From IMG/VR virus record IMGVR_UViG_3300008085_000023, positions 64,001 through 128,000 of that record: a stretch of 64,000 bases of DNA; one strand, given 5' to 3'. The translations under genes and the position numbers were made by a program. Below are positions 1 through 9,958 of this stretch, piece by piece. Each line of letters starts with the position of its first letter. Within the stretch, counting starts at the first letter, position 1. The stretch is from a virus. Under the pieces are notes generated by a model. That model was given only the letters and a program-made list of their open reading frames with translations. It had not been told where the DNA came from and made no database searches.

Positions 1-150
1 AGCTAACTCTTCATTAATCATCAACAAGCGAAAAGACAGATACTTGCGAAGAGTATCGATATTCCCATCGTCAATCTGTTGTTTCATCCACGTATTCACA
101 CCAAACTTTTGGTGCATTGCTTTCATATCACTAAACCAGTCTACTGACAT
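1..150 (-). CDS. NTP pyrophosphohydrolase (MazG/PRA-PH-like), partial
   Basis: ATG at 150 with AAGGAG SD; MSVDWFSDMKAMHQKFG...FRLLMINEELA runs off the window; R..EE motif of all-alpha NTP-PPases. Confidence 0.55.
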   Translation of the reverse strand, partial: MSVDWFSDMKAMHQKFGVNTWMKQQIDDGNIDTLRKYLSFRLLMINEELA

Positions 151-212
151 AATGTATTCTCCTTTGAGTTCTTGTGAAATTTGTTCGAGTTAGTATTAAT
201 TGTCATGGATCT

Positions 213-242
213 AATATACCATAAAGTAGACATCTTGTACAC
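213..242 (-). promoter_or_regulatory. early-type promoter GTGTACA-N17-TATATT
   Basis: member of a 16-copy repeated motif. Confidence 0.8.
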
Positions 243-338
243 CATTATTTTTCATCTACAGAAGGCCGTCAGGATCACTGAAGTCTTGCTGGCTATATGT
301 TTACCTTGATTCATATGACGATGAGCTTCTAGAGTGAC

Positions 339-1295
339 TCAGGTGTTCCGTATGATGAACGATATGGCTCTTGCAGCCTCCAACTGCAGAGGCCTCTTCT
401 GATATCGTGCGCCAAAGTCTAAATCTATACCCGACATAAGCTCGGCTATCTCAAATGGAGTGATGGGGTATTTCTGCCGAATGGCATTTCCTGCGATAGA
501 AGTCATGATCTTATAGAAGAGACCGTAGCGGCCTGTACCGTCCTGAAATGCTATTGACTGATATTCCCGCAGAAGTTTGCGATTGACGAATGGGCAATCC
601 TGATATGACGTCCATTGAAAGTTATTATTGGTGAGAGATTGCTTACGTTGCTTGATCACTGCGCGCTGTACGTCTTCTGGCAGCTTAGACAAGAAGTCAC
701 GAGGCGGCTCAACGTATTTAGTTTTGGCCATAAGCACATCAGGATTTATGACAGTGCTGCCTCCAAGTCGGAATATGAAGTTGAAAGCGTCTGGATACTC
801 TGCTGGAACATAATACATCCGAGACAAATCCTTGGTCTGAGGATCACTTACATCGTTGAACTCTTTATTGAGAGCAAACCAAAAGTGTCTAATCTTATCG
901 GCGGGAATATCCTTGCTTAGATTAAGGACGATTCGAAACTTTGGATGCTCTTTGGTGCTAGATGCAGATGAATAACATATGCCCCGATACTCCTTAAACA
1001 TCTCAAGCGTCTCTTGGAATGAACCTTCATAGTTATCAATGTCGATAGCAGTCCAGGATGACCAATGCGTAACATTATCGTTAGCTCTAGTCGTGTTAGG
1101 CTTGTACTTCGCAGGTGATATTAGAGGCGCTGCGCCGCGGCGGTGGCGTTCGCCGCGCTTAAGCTTAAAACCCGGCACCTTACTCATTCCGAATAAAGCT
1201 TCCTCAAACTTATCCCAATTCTCAAATGTTAAACCACGCGTGGTGGCGTTAGAGAATATCGATTTGAATACAGTTAGCTCTTTCATTTTCGGCAT
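339..1295 (-). CDS. AEP/Prim-Pol-like primase
   Basis: AIDID, SxSS...PKFRIV and DLSRMYY motifs. Confidence 0.65.
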   Translation of the reverse strand: MPKMKELTVFKSIFSNATTRGLTFENWDKFEEALFGMSKVPGFKLKRGERHRRGAAPLISPAKYKPNTTRANDNVTHWSSWTAIDIDNYEGSFQETLEMFKEYRGICYSSASSTKEHPKFRIVLNLSKDIPADKIRHFWFALNKEFNDVSDPQTKDLSRMYYVPAEYPDAFNFIFRLGGSTVINPDVLMAKTKYVEPPRDFLSKLPEDVQRAVIKQRKQSLTNNNFQWTSYQDCPFVNRKLLREYQSIAFQDGTGRYGLFYKIMTSIAGNAIRQKYPITPFEIAELMSGIDLDFGARYQKRPLQLEAARAISFIIRNT

Positions 1296-1516
1296 TCCTT
1301 AATCATTGTGTTAATCAATTTACGTAAATGCGGCCAATCTTCAGGATCAATTGAAATTGTTAAAAATTCTTCAGTGGTTTCAGTATAACCTGTAAGTCGA
1401 ATATACTCGCCTCCTCCGGCATTAATAATTTCAACGTCAAATGATGATGGACCATTATCGTCTCCAACAACTTCAAGAGAACGTTTTAACACTCGTGTTT
1501 TGCGATACTCGCTCAT
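1283..1516 (-). CDS. hypothetical protein
   Basis: ATG at 1516 overlapping the pol stop, GGAGG upstream. Confidence 0.6.
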   Translation of the reverse strand: MSEYRKTRVLKRSLEVVGDDNGPSSFDVEIINAGGGEYIRLTGYTETTEEFLTISIDPEDWPHLRKLINTMIKECRK

Positions 1517-2430
1517 TGAAAGAAGTCCTCCAAACTTGCTCTCGGTTCCGTTGACCATCCAATAGCGTCTAACACATTTTGAATAGGATCAATATATGTT
1601 TTAGTGAACTGAAGTTCATAATCAATATAGCGTTCAAGACCCAATTCAGTTGGCAACTTATCATCAGGGTACGATATCACATTTTCGTTTATAGGATTAG
1701 GCAACTTAAGATAAACGAACTTGATCTTATCGCCATTGAAGATACTGTGATATTTCCGCAGCTTCTTTGTCTTAAGCATATTGTTATAAAGGATCGCACC
1801 TCTCGCATGGATAGGTGTGCCTTTTGCATATCCATTGTTCGTAACATACTTGGCGACGTCTGATACTGAGCGAGGGAAAGATACTTCATGAATAGGTGCA
1901 TTGAAAAACTTAACCTTGAATTTAGCTACAGCATTTTGAACAGCATGTTCGTCTTCATTCATGATAACATTGAAGATAGATTTCATCGCAGTACGACATA
2001 TCTGTGGTGTAGATGACTTAACGCATTCCAATCCCATGACCTTAAGCTTAGGCTCAGCATAGCGTACACCTTCAGAGTCAAGTACATTAAGGATGTAATG
2101 CTTTTTGCCTGTCCAAAGACCACGGTCGGCGATTACCTCACGGGCCATCACCATACGATTTTCAATCGCACCATGGTGTGCTGCAAATCGTTCGAAGGCT
2201 TCATTGAAAACCTCCACCATAAAGCGCTCACCAAATTCGTTCAGGAATTTAACAGGATCCTTTGGCTTAAACTTTTCAATCACATCCTTAACGCTGATGT
2301 ACAGCGAATTATGCACGCATATATTATTACCAAAAAAGTTGTGATTGCGTTCAACCTCAATGTCATAGACATCTATTTCCTGTATGCCTAAATCCTCTAC
2401 TTCGAAATCATTATACTCGAGTTCTAACAT
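1513..2430 (-). CDS. 43: DNA polymerase C-terminal piece fused to split-intein C-fragment
   Basis: 41-aa IntC ending VHN, then SLY..., KKHYIL, KVMGLECVKSSTP of family B polymerase. Confidence 0.92.
   Translation of the reverse strand: MLELEYNDFEVEDLGIQEIDVYDIEVERNHNFFGNNICVHNSLYISVKDVIEKFKPKDPVKFLNEFGERFMVEVFNEAFERFAAHHGAIENRMVMAREVIADRGLWTGKKHYILNVLDSEGVRYAEPKLKVMGLECVKSSTPQICRTAMKSIFNVIMNEDEHAVQNAVAKFKVKFFNAPIHEVSFPRSVSDVAKYVTNNGYAKGTPIHARGAILYNNMLKTKKLRKYHSIFNGDKIKFVYLKLPNPINENVISYPDDKLPTELGLERYIDYELQFTKTYIDPIQNVLDAIGWSTEPRASLEDFFQ
2308..2430 (-). mobile_element. split intein C-fragment (pol motif C site)
   Basis: VYDIEVERNHNFFGNNICVHN/S: blocks F and G. Confidence 0.92.
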
Positions 2431-3490
2431 AATCTAAAATCCTTTCAATACACTCTGCGGGGTTACGATCCCAATCTCTCTCCCATATCATTATAACAGG
2501 AAACTTGCGACTTATAAACAAATAATTGTTTTTGAAATCATCAGCCGCCCATTTTTCCCTTGCGGTTAAATTGGTGCATCCTCTACCTCGTAATTTATCG
2601 CTCGGCTTGTATAAACTGGGGTTGCCATGATAATGATCGCCATTAAATTCAATCGCAAATTTATACTTTAGAGATACAAAATCGTACTTGAATAAGCAAT
2701 TTTTCACATCGCACCAAACACCATATTCATTCTCTCCATAAAACATTCGTGAATCTTCAAATAATTTAGTATTAGCAAGACGTGAAAAAAGCGCGAAAGA
2801 CTTTTTGCTGTAGAAAGATCTTTGGGAATTAATATATGCATAGTATCGATCAGTGCCATTCTCCTCACCATATCTTTCAATGTACACTGGTAAAGTATGG
2901 CTCTTTTGACGATTAATACTACGGTAGCGCTCAGTTCCCAGGTGTTCTTCAGAATTAGTATATGCTTGTCGCGATCGGTAGTCTTCCCACATTTTTCTAC
3001 CAATTACATCGCCATGTCTACTAATGAAGTTTGCTAGCGTGCAAGAGCGAGAGCGATTAAACTCGTCAAACTCCTTTTTCGTCCACCCAAACCTTCTGTT
3101 CTTATACTCGAATGTATTTGATTCACCCTGTCTTTTGCGATAAGCAGTGAAGCGTCTTTGGCCTTCGCTCTTGCCGTACCTTTCTATCAGTATCTTTAAC
3201 GAAACCCCCCTTGGCCGATGGAGATCATACTGTATTTGCCCTTCTTCATCACCGTATTGCAGCTGATACCGTTCAAGAGTATTGGCTGCGGCGATTTCCG
3301 CTAATCGAATGCAAGCAGAGCAGAATTCTTCCCATGTTCTTAAATTGCGAGCAATAAGGCGGCGGAATCCCACAGTTCGGCGATATCTCCAAATAATCAT
3401 AAAGTCGTCATAATCAATTTTATCAATGTCTGGAATATATGGAATTAACGCCCGAAGCGCATTATAGTGTTTTATCTGTATCTTATGCAT
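2411..3490 (-). CDS. free-standing homing endonuclease (Vsr/EDxHD-like) between intein halves
   Basis: YDFV..KFAIEFNGDHYHGNP...IWERDW; ERYG repeats; late promoter at 3497-3504 favours ATG 3490. Confidence 0.8.
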   Translation of the reverse strand: MHKIQIKHYNALRALIPYIPDIDKIDYDDFMIIWRYRRTVGFRRLIARNLRTWEEFCSACIRLAEIAAANTLERYQLQYGDEEGQIQYDLHRPRGVSLKILIERYGKSEGQRRFTAYRKRQGESNTFEYKNRRFGWTKKEFDEFNRSRSCTLANFISRHGDVIGRKMWEDYRSRQAYTNSEEHLGTERYRSINRQKSHTLPVYIERYGEENGTDRYYAYINSQRSFYSKKSFALFSRLANTKLFEDSRMFYGENEYGVWCDVKNCLFKYDFVSLKYKFAIEFNGDHYHGNPSLYKPSDKLRGRGCTNLTAREKWAADDFKNNYLFISRKFPVIMIWERDWDRNPAECIERILDYVRTRV

Positions 3491-4389
3491 GTACAATATT
3501 TATAATCTGGTGTTTTTTGGTGTTAAGATCCTTTGGCTTAATCGAAAAAACCTTTTTAGACGTTCTATCCCGAACAATACAAGAATGATCTTCTGTGACG
3601 TCAACACTGCCTCTTGGTGTCTTGATACGGAACATCCGCTTTTTAACACTATGCTTCATGACATAGTTAATACGTCTTTCCTCAAGCTTTGCTGTAGAAG
3701 ATACAGAAAGGGTCGTGCAATCTAAATGGCTTGTAGACTTGACGTAATCGCGGTTAAAGTCGTCCTTACGGATATAATGGTCTTCATCTACAGATTCGTA
3801 AAATTCAGCAATAGTCGTTTCCTGACCGTTAACCAAAAGACTGGTTGAACCAGCAACACTATCAGTGTCAATCGCAATTACACGATCTTTGTCCTTCGTA
3901 CCTAAGAAAGCATTAAGTTTTTCATTGATGATACGTTCAGCAAACTGAATAACAGCTTGACCTGTTAATGTAACACCTTCTGCAATACGCAAGTCGAAGT
4001 AACGAAAGTATTGATTAGCCAAGGCGCCATACAGGCTATTTAATCATTGTGTTCAAAATACTGCGTTACGGTATTCCCGGGATTTCCCCAGCTCATATTT
4101 TCATACGAGATCAGACTATATCTTCAACTCAATGAGTTGCCGAGCGCTTCCATTCACTTGAATGTACTCCTTGCGGATAGTCGTTGCACCTTCCACTTTG
4201 TGGCTTGGCTCAGTATTAGCATTTGAAAGCCTTCACTGAATTCACACGGTGTTAACGTGAGCATCGCTGCTCACGGTCCCACTATTTTAGGATCTTGTAA
4301 GCCATTTGCTGATTAGAGAACACCTCAATCTTAGCATCGAGAGTGTGTATCTTCAATCGCAGCTCTGCTATTCTTTCTTCTTTATTCAT
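3483..4389 (-). CDS. 43: DNA polymerase middle piece (exons 4389-4289 and 4044-3483) fused to split-intein N-fragment
   Basis: splicing restores QMAYKIL-LNSLYGALAN (motif B); extein ends IAIDTD; SD GAAAGG before ATG 4389. Confidence 0.9.
3486..3860 (-). mobile_element. split intein N-fragment (125 aa)
   Basis: starts SVAGST directly after DTD; block B VTEDHS; ends at a stop codon. Confidence 0.9.
4045..4288 (-). ncRNA. group I intron (244 nt, no ORF) in DNA polymerase
   Basis: 5' exon ends in U paired to G of GGGAC (P1); terminal G; P4 TCAGT/ACTGA; P7 GACTA/GATATAGTC; removal restores frame and motif. Confidence 0.92.
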
Positions 4390-4413
4390 AAAACTACCTT
4401 TCATTAGAGAACC

Positions 4414-4443
4414 ATTATACCACAATTCACTAAGCATGTACAC
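4414..4443 (-). promoter_or_regulatory. early-type promoter for second pol gene
   Basis: GTGTACA-N17-TATAAT. Confidence 0.8.
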
Positions 4444-5185
4444 TGATGTTTTTACAGTTTGAAAAATGATACCTAGTCATATTACCTCCACTGCCTTCAA
4501 CACCACAATGAGGGCACTTCACTAGCTTTAGAGAGCGTGGTTTACGAAGCTGCAATAGTTGACGCTGTTTAACGGAAGGAGTTATGCCTTGGACAAATCC
4601 CATTGGAATAGCTTCACCATCTCGTAAATATATTGTTTCATCCGTCAAATGATTAGAGTATAAGCGTCGGCCTCTAATACCATTTTTCGACATCTTTGAT
4701 CGTGTAGCATGGCTATGACTAGATCCAGTTCTATAATATACTAACTCCCCCGAGACGTATCGTGGATCATTAACTGCTACTCTAAACGTTTCGCCAATTG
4801 CGTTCTTCACGACAACATAACCCGTTGAACGTTTAGATATTTCATCACGGACAGATTGGCTACGCTTCCGGCCACGGTTTGATGTTGAAATAGCACTACT
4901 AATATATTTTCTAGCAGCCTCGTATAAAACCGACCGACCATTACAAACTCGTTTCATCATATTGAATGCAAACCAAAGCTTGCTATTATTTGTGCTTTTA
5001 GCAAGCAAATAATGGGCGATAAAATGCGCGCGATATGGAAGTTTTATGATATTGGTTTCGTCGTCTGTTCCGCCAGCACACTTAGGTATAATATGGTGTA
5101 GTTCACCTTCAGAAATAATCTGCGAACTATAGTGTTCAATAAAGCGCTGGTAACGACCGTAATAATGTTGTGAGTATATGTTCAT
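4430..5185 (-). CDS. HNH homing endonuclease (Mob-like)
   Basis: ELHHIIPKCAGGTDDETNIIKLPYRAHFIAH; C-terminal CPHC; TATAAATA upstream. Confidence 0.88.
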   Translation of the reverse strand: MNIYSQHYYGRYQRFIEHYSSQIISEGELHHIIPKCAGGTDDETNIIKLPYRAHFIAHYLLAKSTNNSKLWFAFNMMKRVCNGRSVLYEAARKYISSAISTSNRGRKRSQSVRDEISKRSTGYVVVKNAIGETFRVAVNDPRYVSGELVYYRTGSSHSHATRSKMSKNGIRGRRLYSNHLTDETIYLRDGEAIPMGFVQGITPSVKQRQLLQLRKPRSLKLVKCPHCGVEGSGGNMTRYHFSNCKNISVHA

Positions 5186-5218
5186 ACAGACTATTTATAC
5201 TTTAGAAGCTTTAACTCT

Positions 5219-6709
5219 CTATACGGCTTCCAGCAAGCTCAGATCGTTCAACAAAGCTTCCCTTTCCTGCATCGCTTCGATCATCTTGCCTTTGAGACCT
5301 TTGCGCTTAGCATAAATTTCACTAACAATCATTGGGATGAACCCCACTTTGTTAGTTTTGAACTGAGCGCCATTCGCAGCTACGGTTATATCTGGATCAT
5401 CAACTCTAAACGTTTCGTCAATGAAACCTTGGACAGATGCCTCAAGATTGCGCTTAGGCAAAAGAGTTTCCGTAGACATATTGTTCTGAATAATCAACGA
5501 TGGGTACAACGAATTTAAATCGAAACTCATCACCCAATCATGCATACCAACCTGCGGTATTTTAACGAAACCTCCTGCATAACTGGTTGCGGTTTTTCCA
5601 GCATTTGAGATGGGAGGTACAACATTAGCTTCGCACAATCTACGATAAATGATGCCATCCCAGATTGGTGTGGTTTTCAAAGCGTCAGCATAATTCGTGC
5701 CGGCCATATATGATAGTGTGAAGCAAATGTCAATGAATCCAAGCTTATCATCTAAAGCGTCAACCAAACCAACGTCCTTGATGTTGTATTCAATAAACTT
5801 TTGAAAGTTCTTTTCGTACAGGTCATTAAGGTTGCCGATTTCAGAATAGTCCAACTTCGTTTCACCAAGGACTATGTGAGCGATATGATTGAGTGTATAT
5901 GACTCTTGGTTGCCATAGGTATATGCAAACTTTTTGAAGAGTTCAATATAGTCAAGATGCTGGATGCCTGATATCTCAAACGTCGGGCGCTTCTGACCAT
6001 AGAAGTTGACGTCTCGTGCTGAGATAAGTTTCCATGGCGAAAGCAACTTAGCGGTGCCCTCACCTAACACCGCTTCAATACGATTAATGAGATACGGAAC
6101 ATCGAAAAACATTGTGTTCCAACCAGTTAAAACGTCGGGACGATTATATGGTTGCTGCCACCATTCTAAAAAGGTGTTAAGCATATCGGCTTCATCTTTG
6201 CATGGGATAAAGTTCACACCGTCCATATGTGGAGCATACTGCTTTTTGAAAGCAAAGACGTAATACTGACCGTCCCGCGATTGCTTAATAGTAATGGCGC
6301 GGACTTCCTCGGCCGCGGTAGCCGGATTAGGAAACCCATCGCCCACTGCAGTCTCAATATCCATGTTGGAAATATTGATGAAGCGAGAATCATAGTCAAC
6401 ACGGCCTGGAAACTTTTCCTGGGTGAAGGCCATGACATGACGGTCGGTACCAAAGATTTCGAAGCTAGGAATATGTTTATATTGATTGACGAAGTCGCGC
6501 ATATCGCGCATAGAATCAAGGCGCACCTCTTTAACCGGTGCGCCAAAGATCGACTTCTTATCAGTAGCTTCGTTCTTGTCTTTAGTGGGGATGAAAACCT
6601 TTGGCTTAAACATAACGCGTTTCTCAATGCGTTTGCCTTCACCATCGTAGCCGCAGTAAAGCAGCTTGTTACCAAATCTATCTATTGATGTATAAAATTC
6701 ACTGTTCAT
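5219..6709 (-). CDS. 43: DNA polymerase N-terminal piece (exonuclease + motif A), gp43A-like
   Basis: DIET, GWNTMFFDVPY, YNIKDV, SFDLNSLYPS; stops in the fingers helix; ATG 6709 chosen from promoter position. Confidence 0.93.
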   Translation of the reverse strand: MNSEFYTSIDRFGNKLLYCGYDGEGKRIEKRVMFKPKVFIPTKDKNEATDKKSIFGAPVKEVRLDSMRDMRDFVNQYKHIPSFEIFGTDRHVMAFTQEKFPGRVDYDSRFINISNMDIETAVGDGFPNPATAAEEVRAITIKQSRDGQYYVFAFKKQYAPHMDGVNFIPCKDEADMLNTFLEWWQQPYNRPDVLTGWNTMFFDVPYLINRIEAVLGEGTAKLLSPWKLISARDVNFYGQKRPTFEISGIQHLDYIELFKKFAYTYGNQESYTLNHIAHIVLGETKLDYSEIGNLNDLYEKNFQKFIEYNIKDVGLVDALDDKLGFIDICFTLSYMAGTNYADALKTTPIWDGIIYRRLCEANVVPPISNAGKTATSYAGGFVKIPQVGMHDWVMSFDLNSLYPSLIIQNNMSTETLLPKRNLEASVQGFIDETFRVDDPDITVAANGAQFKTNKVGFIPMIVSEIYAKRKGLKGKMIEAMQEREALLNDLSLLEAV

Positions 6710-6715
6710 AGATTT

Positions 6716-6745
6716 ATTATAACACAAAGGGAGCAGATTGTACAC
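6716..6745 (-). promoter_or_regulatory. early-type promoter
   Basis: GTGTACA-N17-TATAAT. Confidence 0.8.
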
Positions 6746-6775
6746 AACAAAATGCTCCCTGAAGTGGATATTAAA

Positions 6776-7216
6776 TTACTTATAAACCGAATTTTTGAGA
6801 TCAGAACCAATAGTGTATTTTGCAACGAGGTTCCAGTTTTTCTTCTCCTTAAAAGGAAGAATTTTAATCTGATTGACCGAGCATCTATCGGTCGTCTTTG
6901 CAGCATCAACTATTTCCAATAGTCCCCAGTCAGACAATAAAGTAGTGATAGTGTTTCTACGGAGTCGATCGTTCTCACTAAACGAACTGCGCTTGCCATC
7001 CAACAAGAATAACTCTTTAAAATGTACAATGAAGTACCGACCTTGCTTATGCAAAATGTGACACGATTGGTACAGCACCTGGCCTTCGGACGTTGCTGAT
7101 ACTCCTATGCGGGTGAGTGTTTCTTTTACACGCAGAAAATCATCTGGTTCTTTCAACGTGACTTCTACCATGTTGGCAGCAGTCCATTTATCACTCACTA
7201 AAGTATCATCATTCAT
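6776..7216 (-). CDS. regA: translational repressor RegA
   Basis: DFLRVKETLTRIG, LYQSCHILHKQGRYFIVHFKELF. Confidence 0.95.
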   Translation of the reverse strand: MNDDTLVSDKWTAANMVEVTLKEPDDFLRVKETLTRIGVSATSEGQVLYQSCHILHKQGRYFIVHFKELFLLDGKRSSFSENDRLRRNTITTLLSDWGLLEIVDAAKTTDRCSVNQIKILPFKEKKNWNLVAKYTIGSDLKNSVYK

Positions 7217-7348
7217 TTACATCTCGCATGGTACACACAACAAATTCATTCTGCTGCTGACAGAACTTATTTATCTTATGTTGTGCTTTAGCGAGATGCT
7301 AGGTTGTTACGATATCACCGACTTTAATCGTATTATCGTACCGAATAA

Positions 7349-7747
7349 TCAAGCTTTCTGTAATCCACCATGGGATAAATGCGATCGCATAGACGCTATA
7401 GCTTCTTTGCTCAGAATTTTTAAAACACCCCTTGCCTTTTCACGAGACATATTGTAGTATTCGACAACAGTATTAACATCCTCATCTTTAAGAGCCTTAG
7501 GCCACTTTGCAAATCGTTTACTTGGCCGAACAATTGCGCGATAGAAGTCAAATTGCAGGCGATTATCAATTCTACTAGAAGCATTCATCATGTTCGCAGC
7601 GAGGATTGTATCAGCAAAATACGAAAACTGCCTATTAATTATGAACGGCAGGTACGCCTTTTCGTTCTCAGGATCGTCAGACATGATATCTGGCTTTTCC
7701 CGAGAACTAATGGCGCTTATAAAATCGAATGGCGACAACTTGGCCAT
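7349..7747 (-). CDS. 62: clamp loader small subunit
   Basis: YLPFIINR, KRFAKW; synteny 45-44-62-regA-43. Confidence 0.9.
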   Translation of the reverse strand: MAKLSPFDFISAISSREKPDIMSDDPENEKAYLPFIINRQFSYFADTILAANMMNASSRIDNRLQFDFYRAIVRPSKRFAKWPKALKDEDVNTVVEYYNMSREKARGVLKILSKEAIASMRSHLSHGGLQKA

Positions 7748-7750
7748 AAG

Positions 7751-7891
7751 TTACTTCCTATTACGATCCGTAGTCTTACCCACAGTGCAACCACACGGAT
7801 TGTATCGCATACAACCGCAATTGTTGCACTTGTGCTTTGGTGACTTTTCACCATGCTTGTCAATAAGCTTCGTTGGTCCTGTATTCTTCAT
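7751..7891 (-). CDS. 46-aa Cys-rich protein
   Basis: AGGAG SD; MKNTG...CNNCGCMRYNPCGC. Confidence 0.6.
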   Translation of the reverse strand: MKNTGPTKLIDKHGEKSPKHKCNNCGCMRYNPCGCTVGKTTDRNRK

Positions 7892-7899
7892 GGTACTCC

Positions 7900-8844
7900 T
7901 TATGCCCATTTGCAGTCGCGCATCAGTTCAGTTAGACACGCGACAGTGTTAATTTCATGATCACTGACGTGAGCATGCTTGTATTGATATTCCGCGATGA
8001 TAATACATGCTGCCGGAATTGATGATGGCTCGGCTTTAAGTGCAAGCGAGTCATAAATCTTACGATAAATTGCGGTTGCATCCAGGTCGGAATTCATACC
8101 AACCCACTTACGCATCGCACCAAAGTTCTTATCTTTGAGATAACCGATCACTTCTGCGAACGAATCATCAGAAAGTGAATGCAAAACCTCAGGAGATAAT
8201 GTTCCACTCATTGAATGGATTTGGCATGCTTCAATAACCCGTCGCCAATCCGGCGCATGACTCATAACGACCTGAGCAACAAGCTTTGGATCATACTTAA
8301 CCTTATTCAGATCAAGGATACCACACATACGCTTATGAAATTTCGCAGCGAGGAGGGGCAAATCCTTTTTGGTAATCTTGAATTCGATCTTTGTCATACG
8401 AGAATCACGAATGGGTTCGATGATCTTGTTTGGGTAGTTACAAGTAAAAATAAACCGGCAACTCTTATTGAATTCTTGAATGAACCCACGGAGAGCGGGC
8501 TGTGTTGAAACAGGATTGAGATAATCCGCCTCGTCAACAATGATGACCTTCGGTTTGTCACCACCCTGCAAAGAGCACGTTGAAGCAAACTGCCTCAACG
8601 TTGTGCGCAGCACCTCAATACCCGAATCTTCAGATCCGTTGATCATCATATAATCGAGATCAAGTTCCTCACACATGGCCCGGGCAGCCGTGGTCTTACC
8701 TCGACCATGACTGCCCGTTAGCAGCATATTAGGAACCATTCCAGTGGAGACGACCTGCTCGAAGGTTGTCTTGAGGTTTGTAGGAAGAACACATTCGTCA
8801 ATGGTCTTCGGGCGATATTCTTCGCTCCAAAGTAGGTTATTCAT
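7900..8844 (-). CDS. 44: clamp loader ATPase subunit
   Basis: LWSEEYRP, GRGKTT, IVDEAD. Confidence 0.95.
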   Translation of the reverse strand: MNNLLWSEEYRPKTIDECVLPTNLKTTFEQVVSTGMVPNMLLTGSHGRGKTTAARAMCEELDLDYMMINGSEDSGIEVLRTTLRQFASTCSLQGGDKPKVIIVDEADYLNPVSTQPALRGFIQEFNKSCRFIFTCNYPNKIIEPIRDSRMTKIEFKITKKDLPLLAAKFHKRMCGILDLNKVKYDPKLVAQVVMSHAPDWRRVIEACQIHSMSGTLSPEVLHSLSDDSFAEVIGYLKDKNFGAMRKWVGMNSDLDATAIYRKIYDSLALKAEPSSIPAACIIIAEYQYKHAHVSDHEINTVACLTELMRDCKWA

Positions 8845-8869
8845 TTGCTTCGCCTTGTGTTTGAGTTGA

Positions 8870-9151
8870 TTAGTCGTCGATGGAAACAGCTGGTTCAGGC
8901 TGTACTTCTTCAGCAGCAGCCTTTTCTTTCTTCTGCGCTTCGACCAGCTGGTCGATTTCGACCTCTACTACGGTGTAGAGAGTGTCACGAATCTTTCCAA
9001 CTGAGCTCAACTCGCCTCCCTGATATGCGCCGCGAGCTGCTGCTGCGTCGATGCACTTAAGCGCGTTGATAATGACGTCAACTGGAACTTCCTTTACCGG
9101 CGCTGGCTGGGACGGGAAGTCGATGGTGGGGTTGTCTTTGTTCTTATGCAT
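8870..9151 (-). CDS. hypothetical protein
   Basis: ORF between 45 and 44. Confidence 0.7.
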   Translation of the reverse strand: MHKNKDNPTIDFPSQPAPVKEVPVDVIINALKCIDAAAARGAYQGGELSSVGKIRDTLYTVVEVEIDQLVEAQKKEKAAAEEVQPEPAVSIDD

Positions 9152-9170
9152 ATACTTTTACTTTCTTTTG

Positions 9171-9866
9171 TTATGCGTTATATTCGGACGACTTTTCAAG
9201 AGCAATCCAGTATGTGATAGGTGAGGTGCTGTCCAATACCCACTTGCTGATGCTTCGTGAGCTGAGCTGCAAGGTGTAATCACCCGGGACAATCTTCATA
9301 TTTCCAATGAGGATGTCAAATGAGAATGCAGGCAGAGAGGCAAATGCTTCATCCGTCGCGACTTCGGCCCGATAGGCATTAGACGACTTATTCGTTGGGT
9401 CAGAAACTACGGCCCAAATGCTATCAGCATCGGCCTGCTTCGTCAATGACACCGTCTCACAATGGAGAACTGAAGCGGCCTTCTTAATCTGGGCCAGCAT
9501 GCCTTCATCCATCTTAAGTGTGACCTCATATTCAGGATCCTTAATATCCTTCTTGGGATACGTCAGAATCTCTGGATTAGAGCAGAAATAATTCAATCCC
9601 TGTGTACCAGATGAGGAGTCCACTGCGATCATGGTGCCATCGAACGTGAACATCGGCTTATTAATTAGCTTGATCGCAGACAAGAACTCGTTGAGGTCAT
9701 AGATACCAAAGGTGGAATCGATTTGCTCAGAAATATCGGCCATAGCCATAATATTCTTCGCTTCAGAAACCGTCTTCAGCTTCCCAGTGTTTTCCTCAAC
9801 GACGATGTTGGGATTGATCATTGCAAAATTCTGCAAGATCGCAAGTGTTTCGGTGGTTAGTTGCAT
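9171..9866 (-). CDS. 45: sliding clamp
   Basis: LQNFAMINPNI, FGIYDLNEFL, YWIALE. Confidence 0.95.
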   Translation of the reverse strand: MQLTTETLAILQNFAMINPNIVVEENTGKLKTVSEAKNIMAMADISEQIDSTFGIYDLNEFLSAIKLINKPMFTFDGTMIAVDSSSGTQGLNYFCSNPEILTYPKKDIKDPEYEVTLKMDEGMLAQIKKAASVLHCETVSLTKQADADSIWAVVSDPTNKSSNAYRAEVATDEAFASLPAFSFDILIGNMKIVPGDYTLQLSSRSISKWVLDSTSPITYWIALEKSSEYNA

Positions 9867-9921
9867 GTGGTCCTTTTCATGTTTTTGTGTTTCTTTCTTT
9901 CTGTATTAAAAGTATGGATCT

Positions 9922-9951
9922 ATTATACCATACTGTTAGCCGTTTGTACAC
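9922..9951 (-). promoter_or_regulatory. early-type promoter
   Basis: GTGTACA-N17-TATAAT. Confidence 0.8.
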
Positions 9952-9958
9952 TACTAAA

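Noticed and set aside
5186-5230. Intron or intein joining pol pieces A and B
   Set aside because: No intein blocks or group I core here; piece B has its own promoter and SD, fitting a non-covalent split.
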